Part shown: positions 48,908-56,894 of the stretch, piece by piece
Numbering within the stretch: the first letter of the stretch is position 1
Layout of the letters: every line of letters begins with the position of its first letter
DNA from: an uncultured Pseudodesulfovibrio sp.
Lineage (GTDB): Bacteria; Desulfobacterota; Desulfovibrionia; Desulfovibrionales; Desulfovibrionaceae
Assembly (NCBI RefSeq): GCF_963664965.2
Contig: NZ_OY761823.1
Location: forward strand, 3,717,031 to 3,781,030
Reading direction: 5' to 3'
DNA: 64,000 nucleotides
Made by a program: the position numbers and the translations under genes
Notes under the pieces: generated by a model
What the model was told of the DNA's origin: nothing
Database searches by the model: none
The model's input: the letters and a program-made list of their open reading frames with translations, nothing else

Positions 48908-48942
48908 TGGGGCGGTCTACCCGCCCCAGTGGTTTATTTTGT

Positions 48943-50142
48943 TTAATTGCCTATTCTTTCTTTTGCTTTATTGATTCTTTTTTTAAGAATATCCTCATCT
49001 GTATCTGTAAAATATGAATCAATAAAAGCCTTTGTCTTGCTATAGGTATCAGCTTCACGGTCCAATTCTTTACGCATCTTCCAATCATTTTCGTCGGTAT
49101 AATTCGCTTTTTGATCACGAAGGCCTTTTTGTACTTTTTCCTTCGTATAATGACTCATAAAAGGCGAAACTAAAGGGTCAGCAAATACTTCAACAATACT
49201 TCTTCCAGATGGAATTTTTTCACCATATTCATTTTTCAACAACCCCAACGGATCATTCGCATTAACAGGATCATCCAGACAATACCCATACCAGTCCGAA
49301 TCCCCGCCCGCATCGCCTATCGGATCAGGCACGGTCCAACGGCTTGTGTACGTGTCATAATCCCGAAAGCCGAACCTGACGAATCCCAAATCGCGGTCAT
49401 GCAGGCCGCCTGCGAAGCCGAGGGGGATGGCAAAACCGGGATTGCTGTCCTCGATGATGCCGCCGAACGGGTCGTACTGGATAGCCTTTATCACGTTGCC
49501 GCTTGTGTCGGCAACAACGCGGAGGCTGCCGACCTGATCGTGGAAGAGGTAGGCTACAGCTCCGTCGTCACGGCGCATGGCGTAGGGTGTGCGTTCGCCG
49601 TCTTCGTAGGCGAATTCGTAGGACTTTCTGCCATCCCAGTATCCGGCGAGGCGGATGAAATCGAGCCATTCGTATGCCTCGACCAGTTCGCCGTTGCAGT
49701 ATTTCGCGATACGGCGGCCTTCGTCGTCGTGGCGGAAGGTGAAGGTGCGGCCTGCGTCTTTCTGGTCGGCTTTCAGCAGGCGATAATCCGGGGCGTATTC
49801 ATAGAGCGTATACTTCCCTTTGTGGTTCCACATGCTGCGGAAGCCGTTGTTATCGTGCATGTAGCTGTTTTTCCCGGCGCGCGAGAGGCGGTTGTCCATG
49901 TCGTATTCGTAGCGACGAAGGTCGCCTTCCACGGATTTTGGGAAGCTGTCGCATGCGCGGCGTCCGGCGCGGTCATACCAGCAATCGCACACGGGCCAGC
50001 CATTGCGTTCGCATTTGGCGAGGCGGCCCGCCTTGTCGTAAGCGTAGGTCCATTTGACGGGTTCGCCCACCACGGTTTCGGTTTTCTCGATAATGCGACC
50101 CTGTGGGTCGTGGCTCAACGTATAACTGTAAGGATTTTTCAT
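48943..50142 (-). CDS. Short RHS repeat-associated core protein with a variable C-terminal (toxin-like) domain
   Basis: YD/RHS repeats (YAYDKAGRL, YDRAGRR, YEYDMDNRL, FRHDDEGRRI). Core end: QYDPFGG....GFAGGLHDRDLGFVRFGFRDYDTYTSRWTVPDPIG ... DPLGL. A 98-aa Lys/Asp/Glu-rich tail follows. The start was set at MKNPYSY, preceded by TAAGGAGGG. Confidence 0.8.
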   Translation of the reverse strand: MKNPYSYTLSHDPQGRIIEKTETVVGEPVKWTYAYDKAGRLAKCERNGWPVCDCWYDRAGRRACDSFPKSVEGDLRRYEYDMDNRLSRAGKNSYMHDNNGFRSMWNHKGKYTLYEYAPDYRLLKADQKDAGRTFTFRHDDEGRRIAKYCNGELVEAYEWLDFIRLAGYWDGRKSYEFAYEDGERTPYAMRRDDGAVAYLFHDQVGSLRVVADTSGNVIKAIQYDPFGGIIEDSNPGFAIPLGFAGGLHDRDLGFVRFGFRDYDTYTSRWTVPDPIGDAGGDSDWYGYCLDDPVNANDPLGLLKNEYGEKIPSGRSIVEVFADPLVSPFMSHYTKEKVQKGLRDQKANYTDENDWKMRKELDREADTYSKTKAFIDSYFTDTDEDILKKRINKAKERIGN

Positions 50143-50289
50143 TAGACCCTCCTTAGAGTTTCGTCTTTGCGGACCATTCCGAAAGATCGCGGAGAGTATA
50201 CCCCCGGTTTTAGGGGCAGGATGAAAACGGGCGAAAAGGACCCCATATAGGGCGAAAAAAGCATAACTTGGAGGGTTGACAGGGTTTTT

Positions 50290-50965
50290 GAAAGGCAGGA
50301 AAGGCAAAATGCAGAAATCCAGTCGCTTTCGCTCCTTCCGTGTCCTGCGCGGACGGCGGTCCTTTCTTTTTCCAAAGCAGAAAAGAAAGGACGAAAGAAA
50401 CTGCTTTTGTTCGTAACTTCACCGCCTGGTAGCTTCGAAGCCAAGAATCTGATCAAACCGGGCCGCTCCCGAATCCAGTCGCCGGGGACGGCTCCGGATT
50501 CGATAGAGCCGCGGCTTCCGTTTTGTCAGCTTCTAGGCTCCGAAGCTAAGGGCTATTGCCGGTCTTCGTGTAGAACAAACATGAAAGGCAAGCAGGGAAA
50601 CAATAGATGGATTTTCGTTGCAGCACTTGCCTTTCGCTCCCTTAACAATCGAAGTGCCCCGATTAGCCAATTAAACCTCACAAGCCTTAGAAGCTGACTG
50701 AGAGGGGAAGGCGGATTTGGTGACGGGATATGTATGAATCAACATAGTCCCGTACCTGCCGGAATGGCAGGGACTACGCTTTTCATGGAGGGGAGCCGCC
50801 CCGATCAGATCAGATTCTTGGCGGTGAGGGCCTGGCGGGTAAATCAAGGAATCGGGGGTTTCTTTCGTTCTTTCTTGGGCCCCAGCCAAGAAAGAACCGC
50901 CGTCCTCGTAGGACATGGAAGGAGCAAAAGCGACTGGATTTCTGTCTTTTGCCTTTTGCCTTTTG
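50290..50965. repeat. About 660-bp nested imperfect palindrome (foldback/MITE-like element or long structured RNA)
   Basis: The outer arms, 50300-50370 and 50890-50958, are about 90% complementary. Further complementary blocks are 50385-50400/50858-50876, 50441-50470/50791-50820, 50524-50542/50682-50700 and 50585-50593/50624-50634. Local hairpins lie at 50471-50501 and 50745-50778. Confidence 0.75.
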
Positions 50966-50987
50966 CTTTTTGCTTTTTGCTTTTTGT
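50946..50987. repeat. Heptanucleotide microsatellite, 6 units (CTTTTGC x3, TTTTTGC x2, TTTTTGT)
   Basis: Read directly from the sequence. It lies at the right edge of the palindrome, 44 nt beyond the stop of the rluD-like gene. Confidence 0.85.
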
Positions 50988-51030
50988 CTTTCCCCCCAAA
51001 AAGCCAAGCAATCAACAACCAACCGACAAC

Positions 51031-51933
51031 CTACCCGTCAAAAAGCATCCCCAACGCCTCACGCAGGACCTCCTCCGAAACCGCCCATTTCCCAGTCCAT
51101 GGCGGAAGCAGCGAATGCGTCACCCCGTCCACACACATGGCGCAGCAGTGCAGCCGCATGGCACCGCGCACGTTGCCGAAGCCGTACTTCCTGTCACCGA
51201 GGACCGGGTGTTTCCGCGAGGCAAGCTGCACACGAATCTGGTGCGTCCGCCCCGTGAGCAACCTGACCGCGACAAGGCTCTGCTTCGAACCGGAGACAAG
51301 CCCCTTCACGCGGGCAAGCGCTGTCTTGCCGGAGCCTGTATGGACCTTTTCCTGCCCCGGCGCTCCCTTCTTTTCCATGCGGTCCTCAAGCAAGACCTCG
51401 CCCGATTCCCGCCACTGGCCCTTGACCCATGCGAGATAGAGCTTGCCCACCCCGCCGGACGCGAACTGATCGTTCAGTTGCCGCAAAGTTTCGTAATCCT
51501 TTGCGACCAGCAACAGACCGGAGGTGTCGCGATCCAGCCGGTGTGCGAGCGTGGGCCGGAAATCGGCATCCGGGTACATGGCTGCCAGACGACCGGCCAC
51601 GGAATCGGTGACCTTGTCGCCACCGTGCGCGGCCAGACCGGCGGGCTTGGCAACGGCAAGGATATGCTCGTCCTCGTATGCCACCACGAGCGTACCGCCC
51701 GCCTCGACCGGCTTCACGTCACCGGGAGTATAGGGCGGAATACGCACGACCTGACCTTCTTGAATACGGTCGAACGGCTTTTTGCGGCCCTTGTCCACAC
51801 GCACCTGTCCTTTGCGAATCCATCGCTGGATCGCGGACCTCGGCACATCGCCGGTCAGACGGCGTTCAAGGAACTGCAAAAGCTTCTGGCCGGATTCGGC
51901 CTTGCTCACAGTGACAAATCGAACTTCGGGCAT
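51031..51933 (-). CDS. RluA-family 23S rRNA pseudouridine synthase (RluD/RluC-like) with S4 domain
   Basis: HRLDRDTSGLLLVAKD catalytic motif, GRTHQIRVQL, and an N-terminal S4-like segment. An alternative start lies at 51972. Confidence 0.8.
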   Translation of the reverse strand: MPEVRFVTVSKAESGQKLLQFLERRLTGDVPRSAIQRWIRKGQVRVDKGRKKPFDRIQEGQVVRIPPYTPGDVKPVEAGGTLVVAYEDEHILAVAKPAGLAAHGGDKVTDSVAGRLAAMYPDADFRPTLAHRLDRDTSGLLLVAKDYETLRQLNDQFASGGVGKLYLAWVKGQWRESGEVLLEDRMEKKGAPGQEKVHTGSGKTALARVKGLVSGSKQSLVAVRLLTGRTHQIRVQLASRKHPVLGDRKYGFGNVRGAMRLHCCAMCVDGVTHSLLPPWTGKWAVSEEVLREALGMLFDG

Positions 51934-52013
51934 AACGTAAAAAGATCGGCGGCGCGGGTGCCTCAGGGACACTGCGCCGCCATGGTTATTCGTTCATGTG
52001 CCGGGAACGGCTG

Positions 52014-52376
52014 TTATTTCTGATACCACTTTCCATCCGCACCCTGAAGCCAGGTTCCGGCAGGAGCCTTCTGGGCGATCTTGGCGGCTCGGCGCTGTCC
52101 AACGACGTTCACGGTTGTCCCTGTCTTCTGGGCGATGGCCTTGTAGACGATCAGGCGGTCCGCATTTTCCGAACGCACGACCTCGATCTCCTGTTTCACG
52201 GAGATGTACTCAAGCAAACCGACATTGCTCTCGCCCACCACGCCCTGCGCCTTGAGGGAATTGATAGCTGGGACACGAGCCCGCATGCGGTCCTTGAGTC
52301 CTCCGGCCAGAGCGACCGAACCGATCAGACAGACAACAAGCGTGAGTATGGATATTACATAAATTCTATTTCGCAT
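52014..52376 (-). CDS. ydbL: YdbL-like (DUF1318) periplasmic protein
   Basis: Signal peptide, then LKAQGVVGESNVGLLEY...VVRSENADRLIVYKAIAQKTG. Its position after ynbE matches the E. coli ydbH-ynbE-ydbL order. Confidence 0.65.
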   Translation of the reverse strand: MRNRIYVISILTLVVCLIGSVALAGGLKDRMRARVPAINSLKAQGVVGESNVGLLEYISVKQEIEVVRSENADRLIVYKAIAQKTGTTVNVVGQRRAAKIAQKAPAGTWLQGADGKWYQK

Positions 52377-52575
52377 TTTCGGCCTCCGGGCTGGCTGCGG
52401 CATCGTCGATGTCGGAGAAGAAGTCGTCAAGTTCCTTGTCCACCTTGACGTTGACGTCAATGGTGATGTGGATGGGTTTGACCTCCACCGGAGCGACCTC
52501 GACCCTGTGACTGGTCGAGCATCCCCACACGGCGAGCAGCAGGATGACAAATGTCAGTGCCATGATGTTTTTCAT
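52366..52575 (-). CDS. ynbE: YnbE-like small lipoprotein
   Basis: Lipobox LLAVWGC. 69 aa, with a PIHITIDVNVKVDKELDDFF segment. The start was set at the ATG preceded by AAGGGGA. Confidence 0.65.
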   Translation of the reverse strand: MKNIMALTFVILLLAVWGCSTSHRVEVAPVEVKPIHITIDVNVKVDKELDDFFSDIDDAAASPEAENAK

Positions 52576-52585
52576 GATGTTCCCC

Positions 52586-54961
52586 TTATTCAATCCTCTT
52601 TATGAGGTTTTTATACAGCAAAATACGGTCCAGCGGTAATGAGAAATTCACATCCAGTCGCAGTCCCTGAAAATTGGACCCCTTGACGTCACCTTCGACC
52701 ATGGCGAACCCGCCGAATTCCTTGCGATACACAAAGGGCAGCGTGCTGACTGGCTTGCCGTCGAGCGACAGGCGCACAAGCAGGTCCCTGCCTACGGTAT
52801 CGGCCTTGATGCGAACCCACTTGTATTCGAAATCCTTGATGGCGGCACGCGCCAGTTCCAACTGTCCACGCTGCGGCGTTCCCTTGGGAATGGACTGCAC
52901 CAAATCTTCCATGGCCTCAACCTGAATGACGCCGCCCTGCCCCGGAGTCGAGTGCAAAAATCCGTCGTTGAACGAAATCTGCCCACGCTTCCACGTCACC
53001 GGAAGCTCACCCGACAACGCGGAGTCCCCTTTGGCCTTTGCCAATCCGAGCTGATGCAGCAGTTGCGTCAGTTTCAGATTGGTACAGAACAAGGTCACGT
53101 CATATTCGTCCAGCCCCGGCACCACGCGAAACGCCCGACTCTCGACGAACCCGTCGCACCACTTGAAACGTCCGCGCTCCACAAGCACCACGCCCCTCGG
53201 TTCCAACTGAAACGTGACCAGCCCGTTCTCCACACGAATCCCTTCAGCCGTGAATGAATCAAAGGCAAATACCTGCGCCGGAGAACTGTGAAAATCAATT
53301 ATGTCAGGCGATTCAAAGTAAATCCGAATGCCGTCTATCTTCATGCCGCCTTCGCCGAACGAGGCAGAACCGCCCGTGAGAAAAACCCCGAGCCGACTGT
53401 CGATACCGTCCTGACTGACATCCACCCCGCCCTCGATATTCAGATTGCCGGTGAAGGCAATATCCTTGAGGGACACATGCAGCTTCGACGCATCAAACCC
53501 CTCTGGCAGAGCATATCTGGGCACCTTGAATTTCAGGGTGGCTTCACGCCCGGTCATGGACGAACTGCCGGAAAACGAGACACGCAGACCGGGAAGCAGT
53601 TCCGTTGCGAACACGCCGCCGAACCCGACGTTCGTGCCCTCCTGACGCAGCTTTGCATGCACCGAACCGAGCCGCATTTTCCCATGCCGCAGACTGGAAA
53701 CCGACAGATTGCCAGTCGTATTTTTCTCCGGCGCGGGCCATTTCAGCGGAAGCGAAAGTTTGACCCTGCCGGTACGCAGGCCAGTCCCGTCCAGATTGAT
53801 CCGTCCGGTTGAGGCCTGCACGACCATGTCCGCCCCGTCATTTGTCGCCGTCCCTTTTGCCGAAAGAGACAACCCGCCGAGACCGATGGCACGCCCATCG
53901 GTCTCAAGCCGCTGGGAGACCGAATTATCCGCAGCAAGTTCGAAAGCCCACTTCCCGTCAGCAAGCTTCGCAGAAAATTCACCGGGCATCTCGATTCCCA
54001 TTGCCGCGACGGAAAAGGCGGCATGCACCGCTTCCTGCGACAGGCGCACCTCGGGCAATTGAATCGTCACCGGATGTGGGGCGGCAAGCGAGACAGGGGC
54101 AAACGAGAGCGCCACACCCCGCTCCGCCACGGTCCCATTGACGGCAAGCACGGTCTCCGGAGCGAACCTGATACCGGAATCAGGACAGCCGGGATGATCG
54201 ACAGACAGGGTGAAAGCTGCTTGCACATCTTCCGGCGCGTCCAGATCCGCATTCACCGTGCCGCTCAGGTTCAGCCCGCCGCGAACCGAGACGGGCAACA
54301 GATCAGCAAGACTGCCGAGCCGGAAATCATGCGTCTCCAGCTCCACGGCCAGTTTTTTCCCTGCCGGTCCGAGAGCGCCGCTGAAGGTCAGCAACTGATC
54401 GCGCAAACGCACGTCCCCGGCAAAAGACAAACCGCGCCCCGGGGTCACGGTAGCGGAAAACGGCAAAACCAGGCGGGTTCCGAGGTAATCGAAAAACAGG
54501 AAGGAATCCTCGATAACCAACGTCCCGAACGGCAGGTCCGGCAGCCCCCCGGAACCGGCGGCATCGTCTTCGCCCTTGGGGAGCAGGTCGAGCAACGGCA
54601 GGACAAATGACTTTCCGTCATATTCGGCATCAATCTCAAGACCGCTCACCGTGATCGAATCCACCCGCTCGGCCTTGAGCGAGGCCGGGGAATACGAAAC
54701 CTGCACGTTGTTCACCCGAAGGCCGTCCTCTTCCGAGCCGATACGCACAGGGCCGATGTCAGCGGAAAACAACCCGGCATCACGGATATGAAATTCCTCA
54801 AGCGGCACGCCCAGTTCGTCTGCCAGATTCGGGACAAGCCGTTCAAGATACTGCGGAGTCCACACGGAAATCGCCCACCCTACGGCAAGGCACAGGGACA
54901 ACACCCATGGGGTGAGGAGAATGATCCATTTCAGGACACGGCGGCGGACGGTATCGGACAT
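52586..54961 (-). CDS. ydbH: YdbH-like AsmA-family large periplasm-spanning protein
   Basis: 791 aa with a single N-terminal TM anchor. The rest is long, beta-rich and repetitive. It sits upstream of the ynbE and ydbL homologs. Confidence 0.65.
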   Translation of the reverse strand: MSDTVRRRVLKWIILLTPWVLSLCLAVGWAISVWTPQYLERLVPNLADELGVPLEEFHIRDAGLFSADIGPVRIGSEEDGLRVNNVQVSYSPASLKAERVDSITVSGLEIDAEYDGKSFVLPLLDLLPKGEDDAAGSGGLPDLPFGTLVIEDSFLFFDYLGTRLVLPFSATVTPGRGLSFAGDVRLRDQLLTFSGALGPAGKKLAVELETHDFRLGSLADLLPVSVRGGLNLSGTVNADLDAPEDVQAAFTLSVDHPGCPDSGIRFAPETVLAVNGTVAERGVALSFAPVSLAAPHPVTIQLPEVRLSQEAVHAAFSVAAMGIEMPGEFSAKLADGKWAFELAADNSVSQRLETDGRAIGLGGLSLSAKGTATNDGADMVVQASTGRINLDGTGLRTGRVKLSLPLKWPAPEKNTTGNLSVSSLRHGKMRLGSVHAKLRQEGTNVGFGGVFATELLPGLRVSFSGSSSMTGREATLKFKVPRYALPEGFDASKLHVSLKDIAFTGNLNIEGGVDVSQDGIDSRLGVFLTGGSASFGEGGMKIDGIRIYFESPDIIDFHSSPAQVFAFDSFTAEGIRVENGLVTFQLEPRGVVLVERGRFKWCDGFVESRAFRVVPGLDEYDVTLFCTNLKLTQLLHQLGLAKAKGDSALSGELPVTWKRGQISFNDGFLHSTPGQGGVIQVEAMEDLVQSIPKGTPQRGQLELARAAIKDFEYKWVRIKADTVGRDLLVRLSLDGKPVSTLPFVYRKEFGGFAMVEGDVKGSNFQGLRLDVNFSLPLDRILLYKNLIKRIE

Positions 54962-55071
54962 TCAATGACTATAACGGGATAGAGCAGACCTTGTCCATAC
55001 GCGCCGTTCTTGCAGGAGGCGGGCAAAATGCGTATGTAGAAAATGTCTAGAAAGTATCCAAGGGAGAACCC

Positions 55072-55629
55072 ATGCATAGATTGACTACACTGCTCATGCT
55101 CCTCAGCCTCTTGATGGCGACAACTCTTTTCAACGGCTGCGCGGTCTACGATGTGGCGGTCGAGGAACGCAATGTCGGCGACTGGGCAGGCGATGAAAAA
55201 ATCGGCCTGACCATTGAAAAGGATTTCCTGGCCGACGATACGGTCAAATACCTCGACTTTGACGCCGCCTGTTACGAAGGCCATGTCTACATCACCGGCG
55301 AATATGAAAGCCATGATCAGGTAACACGGGCCGTGGAAATCGCCAAAGCGGTCAAGGGCGTACGGCAGGTGACCACCTACCTGCTACCCAAGAAGGAAGA
55401 CGACGACTGCTCTACTACCGACAGCCTCGATATCCACACACGCCTCTGGAACAAGCTGATGACCGACAAGGAAATCTGGTCCACCAACATCAATGTCGAA
55501 ACAGTGCAGTGCAACGTCATCCTGCTCGGCATCGTGGGGACCCAGACGGCCAAGGACCGGGCCGAGGCACACGCCAAGGCCATTCCGGGTGTGAGAAGCG
55601 TCAAATCCTATCTCAAGGTGAACAAATAA
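55072..55629 (+). CDS. Lipoprotein with two BON domains (OsmY/DolP-like)
   Basis: Lipobox LFNGC. There are two BON-like modules, each ending in ...A..I.GV..V. Confidence 0.65.
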   Translation: MHRLTTLLMLLSLLMATTLFNGCAVYDVAVEERNVGDWAGDEKIGLTIEKDFLADDTVKYLDFDAACYEGHVYITGEYESHDQVTRAVEIAKAVKGVRQVTTYLLPKKEDDDCSTTDSLDIHTRLWNKLMTDKEIWSTNINVETVQCNVILLGIVGTQTAKDRAEAHAKAIPGVRSVKSYLKVNK

Positions 55630-55641
55630 TCGGAGGTTGCA

Positions 55642-56169
55642 ATGCCTGCACGTCGTGCCCTTCTCCACAACCTTTTGCGAGGATTGGGGATACTGTGCGC
55701 GCTTGCACTCCTCCTCCCGGCAGGCGGCTGCGCCACCAAATCAGCCGCACCACCGGGCGCGCATCCCGCCCGTGTGCAACACGCTCCGGCATCGGGCAAA
55801 GCGGCGGCTGTCATCCGCACAGCTCGCACCATGATCGGCGCACCTTACAAATGGGGCGGCAACTCGCCCCGCGAAGGTTTTGACTGCTCCGGCCTCATCT
55901 GGTTCACCTACCAACAGCACGGCATTACGCTGCCGCGCGTCTCATGGCAGCAATTTTCCGCAGGCCGCGCGGTCTCCCGCTCCAACCTCCGTCCCGGCGA
56001 CCTCGTCTTTCACAAGGTCACCAAGAAAAGCAAAACCCTGCATGTCGGTATCGTCACCGACCGGGGCACCTTCATACATGCCCCCAGTTCCGGCAAGCGC
56101 GTCATGGAGTCGTCACTTTCCTTGCCGTATTGGCAAACCCACTACATCGGAGCCCGCCGCGTGCTGTGA
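55642..56169 (+). CDS. NlpC/P60 (C40) family peptidoglycan endopeptidase lipoprotein
   Basis: Lipobox PAGGC. Catalytic segment GFDCSGLIWFTYQQHGITLPR ... HVGIV ... FIHAPSSG. Confidence 0.8.
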   Translation: MPARRALLHNLLRGLGILCALALLLPAGGCATKSAAPPGAHPARVQHAPASGKAAAVIRTARTMIGAPYKWGGNSPREGFDCSGLIWFTYQQHGITLPRVSWQQFSAGRAVSRSNLRPGDLVFHKVTKKSKTLHVGIVTDRGTFIHAPSSGKRVMESSLSLPYWQTHYIGARRVL

Positions 56170-56243
56170 TGCCTTGGAATTTCCCCGACCCAAAAAAGCC
56201 CGAAGATTTTCATCTCCGGGCCTTCCTTCATCTGTATATTTGA

Positions 56244-56702
56244 TTATTCCTTGGGAATAAGCGGCTTGTAATACATGCCGATCTTGATGCGATCAGTGGA
56301 ATACTGGCTCTTGAGCTTGATCTTGAGATTCTCATTTTCCCACTTGTAGATATCCCAGCCATCGCTTTTCTTGTGATCGGGCAGACCGTAATCATCCATG
56401 AGAATGGCAATGACGTTCTTCACATCACGGGCTTTCTCGATTTCAACGATGGTGGTGTACAGCTTGTTTTCCCGAAAACCATACGTGACGCGGGTGTCTT
56501 CTATCTTGGAAATACCGCACGCCTTGACTTTCTTGACAAGATAATAGCGGATGCCGCCCGCAGTATGGGAATACTCGATTTCCTCGACAGACGACAACGC
56601 TTCGCCCCAGGGAATGGCGTTACATTTTTCAGCTTGTGCCGTAGCAACGCCAACAGTCAGCAGCATAAGCAGCAACGCGGGTAAAAGTACTATCTTCTTC
56701 AA
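56244..56702 (-). CDS. Hypothetical secreted protein
   Basis: Signal peptide LKKIVLLPALLLMLLTVGVATAQA. A probable TTG start follows AGGAG. No recognisable domain. Confidence 0.5.
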   Translation of the reverse strand: MKKIVLLPALLLMLLTVGVATAQAEKCNAIPWGEALSSVEEIEYSHTAGGIRYYLVKKVKACGISKIEDTRVTYGFRENKLYTTIVEIEKARDVKNVIAILMDDYGLPDHKKSDGWDIYKWENENLKIKLKSQYSTDRIKIGMYYKPLIPKE

Positions 56703-56894
56703 AACAGGCTCCTCATCATGGTGTATGCACAAAATTCAACCGATAGGAGGCACTGTCACGGACGATGCGCGCCCTGTCAACCCGTTTAACAGAATGAAAC
56801 CGATACCCGGCAGGAATGTGTCCTCTCCTGTACAGTCTCATTTTTCTTTTTTTCCTCTGGAAACGATTCTGCAAACGTTGTAAAGGTCATCCCT

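Noticed and set aside
50734-52023. 429-aa plus-strand ORF spanning the right palindrome arm and the whole rluD-like gene
   Set aside because: It is antisense to a pseudouridine synthase gene with a clear catalytic motif. Its N-terminus is generated by the non-coding inverted repeat and the heptamer tract.
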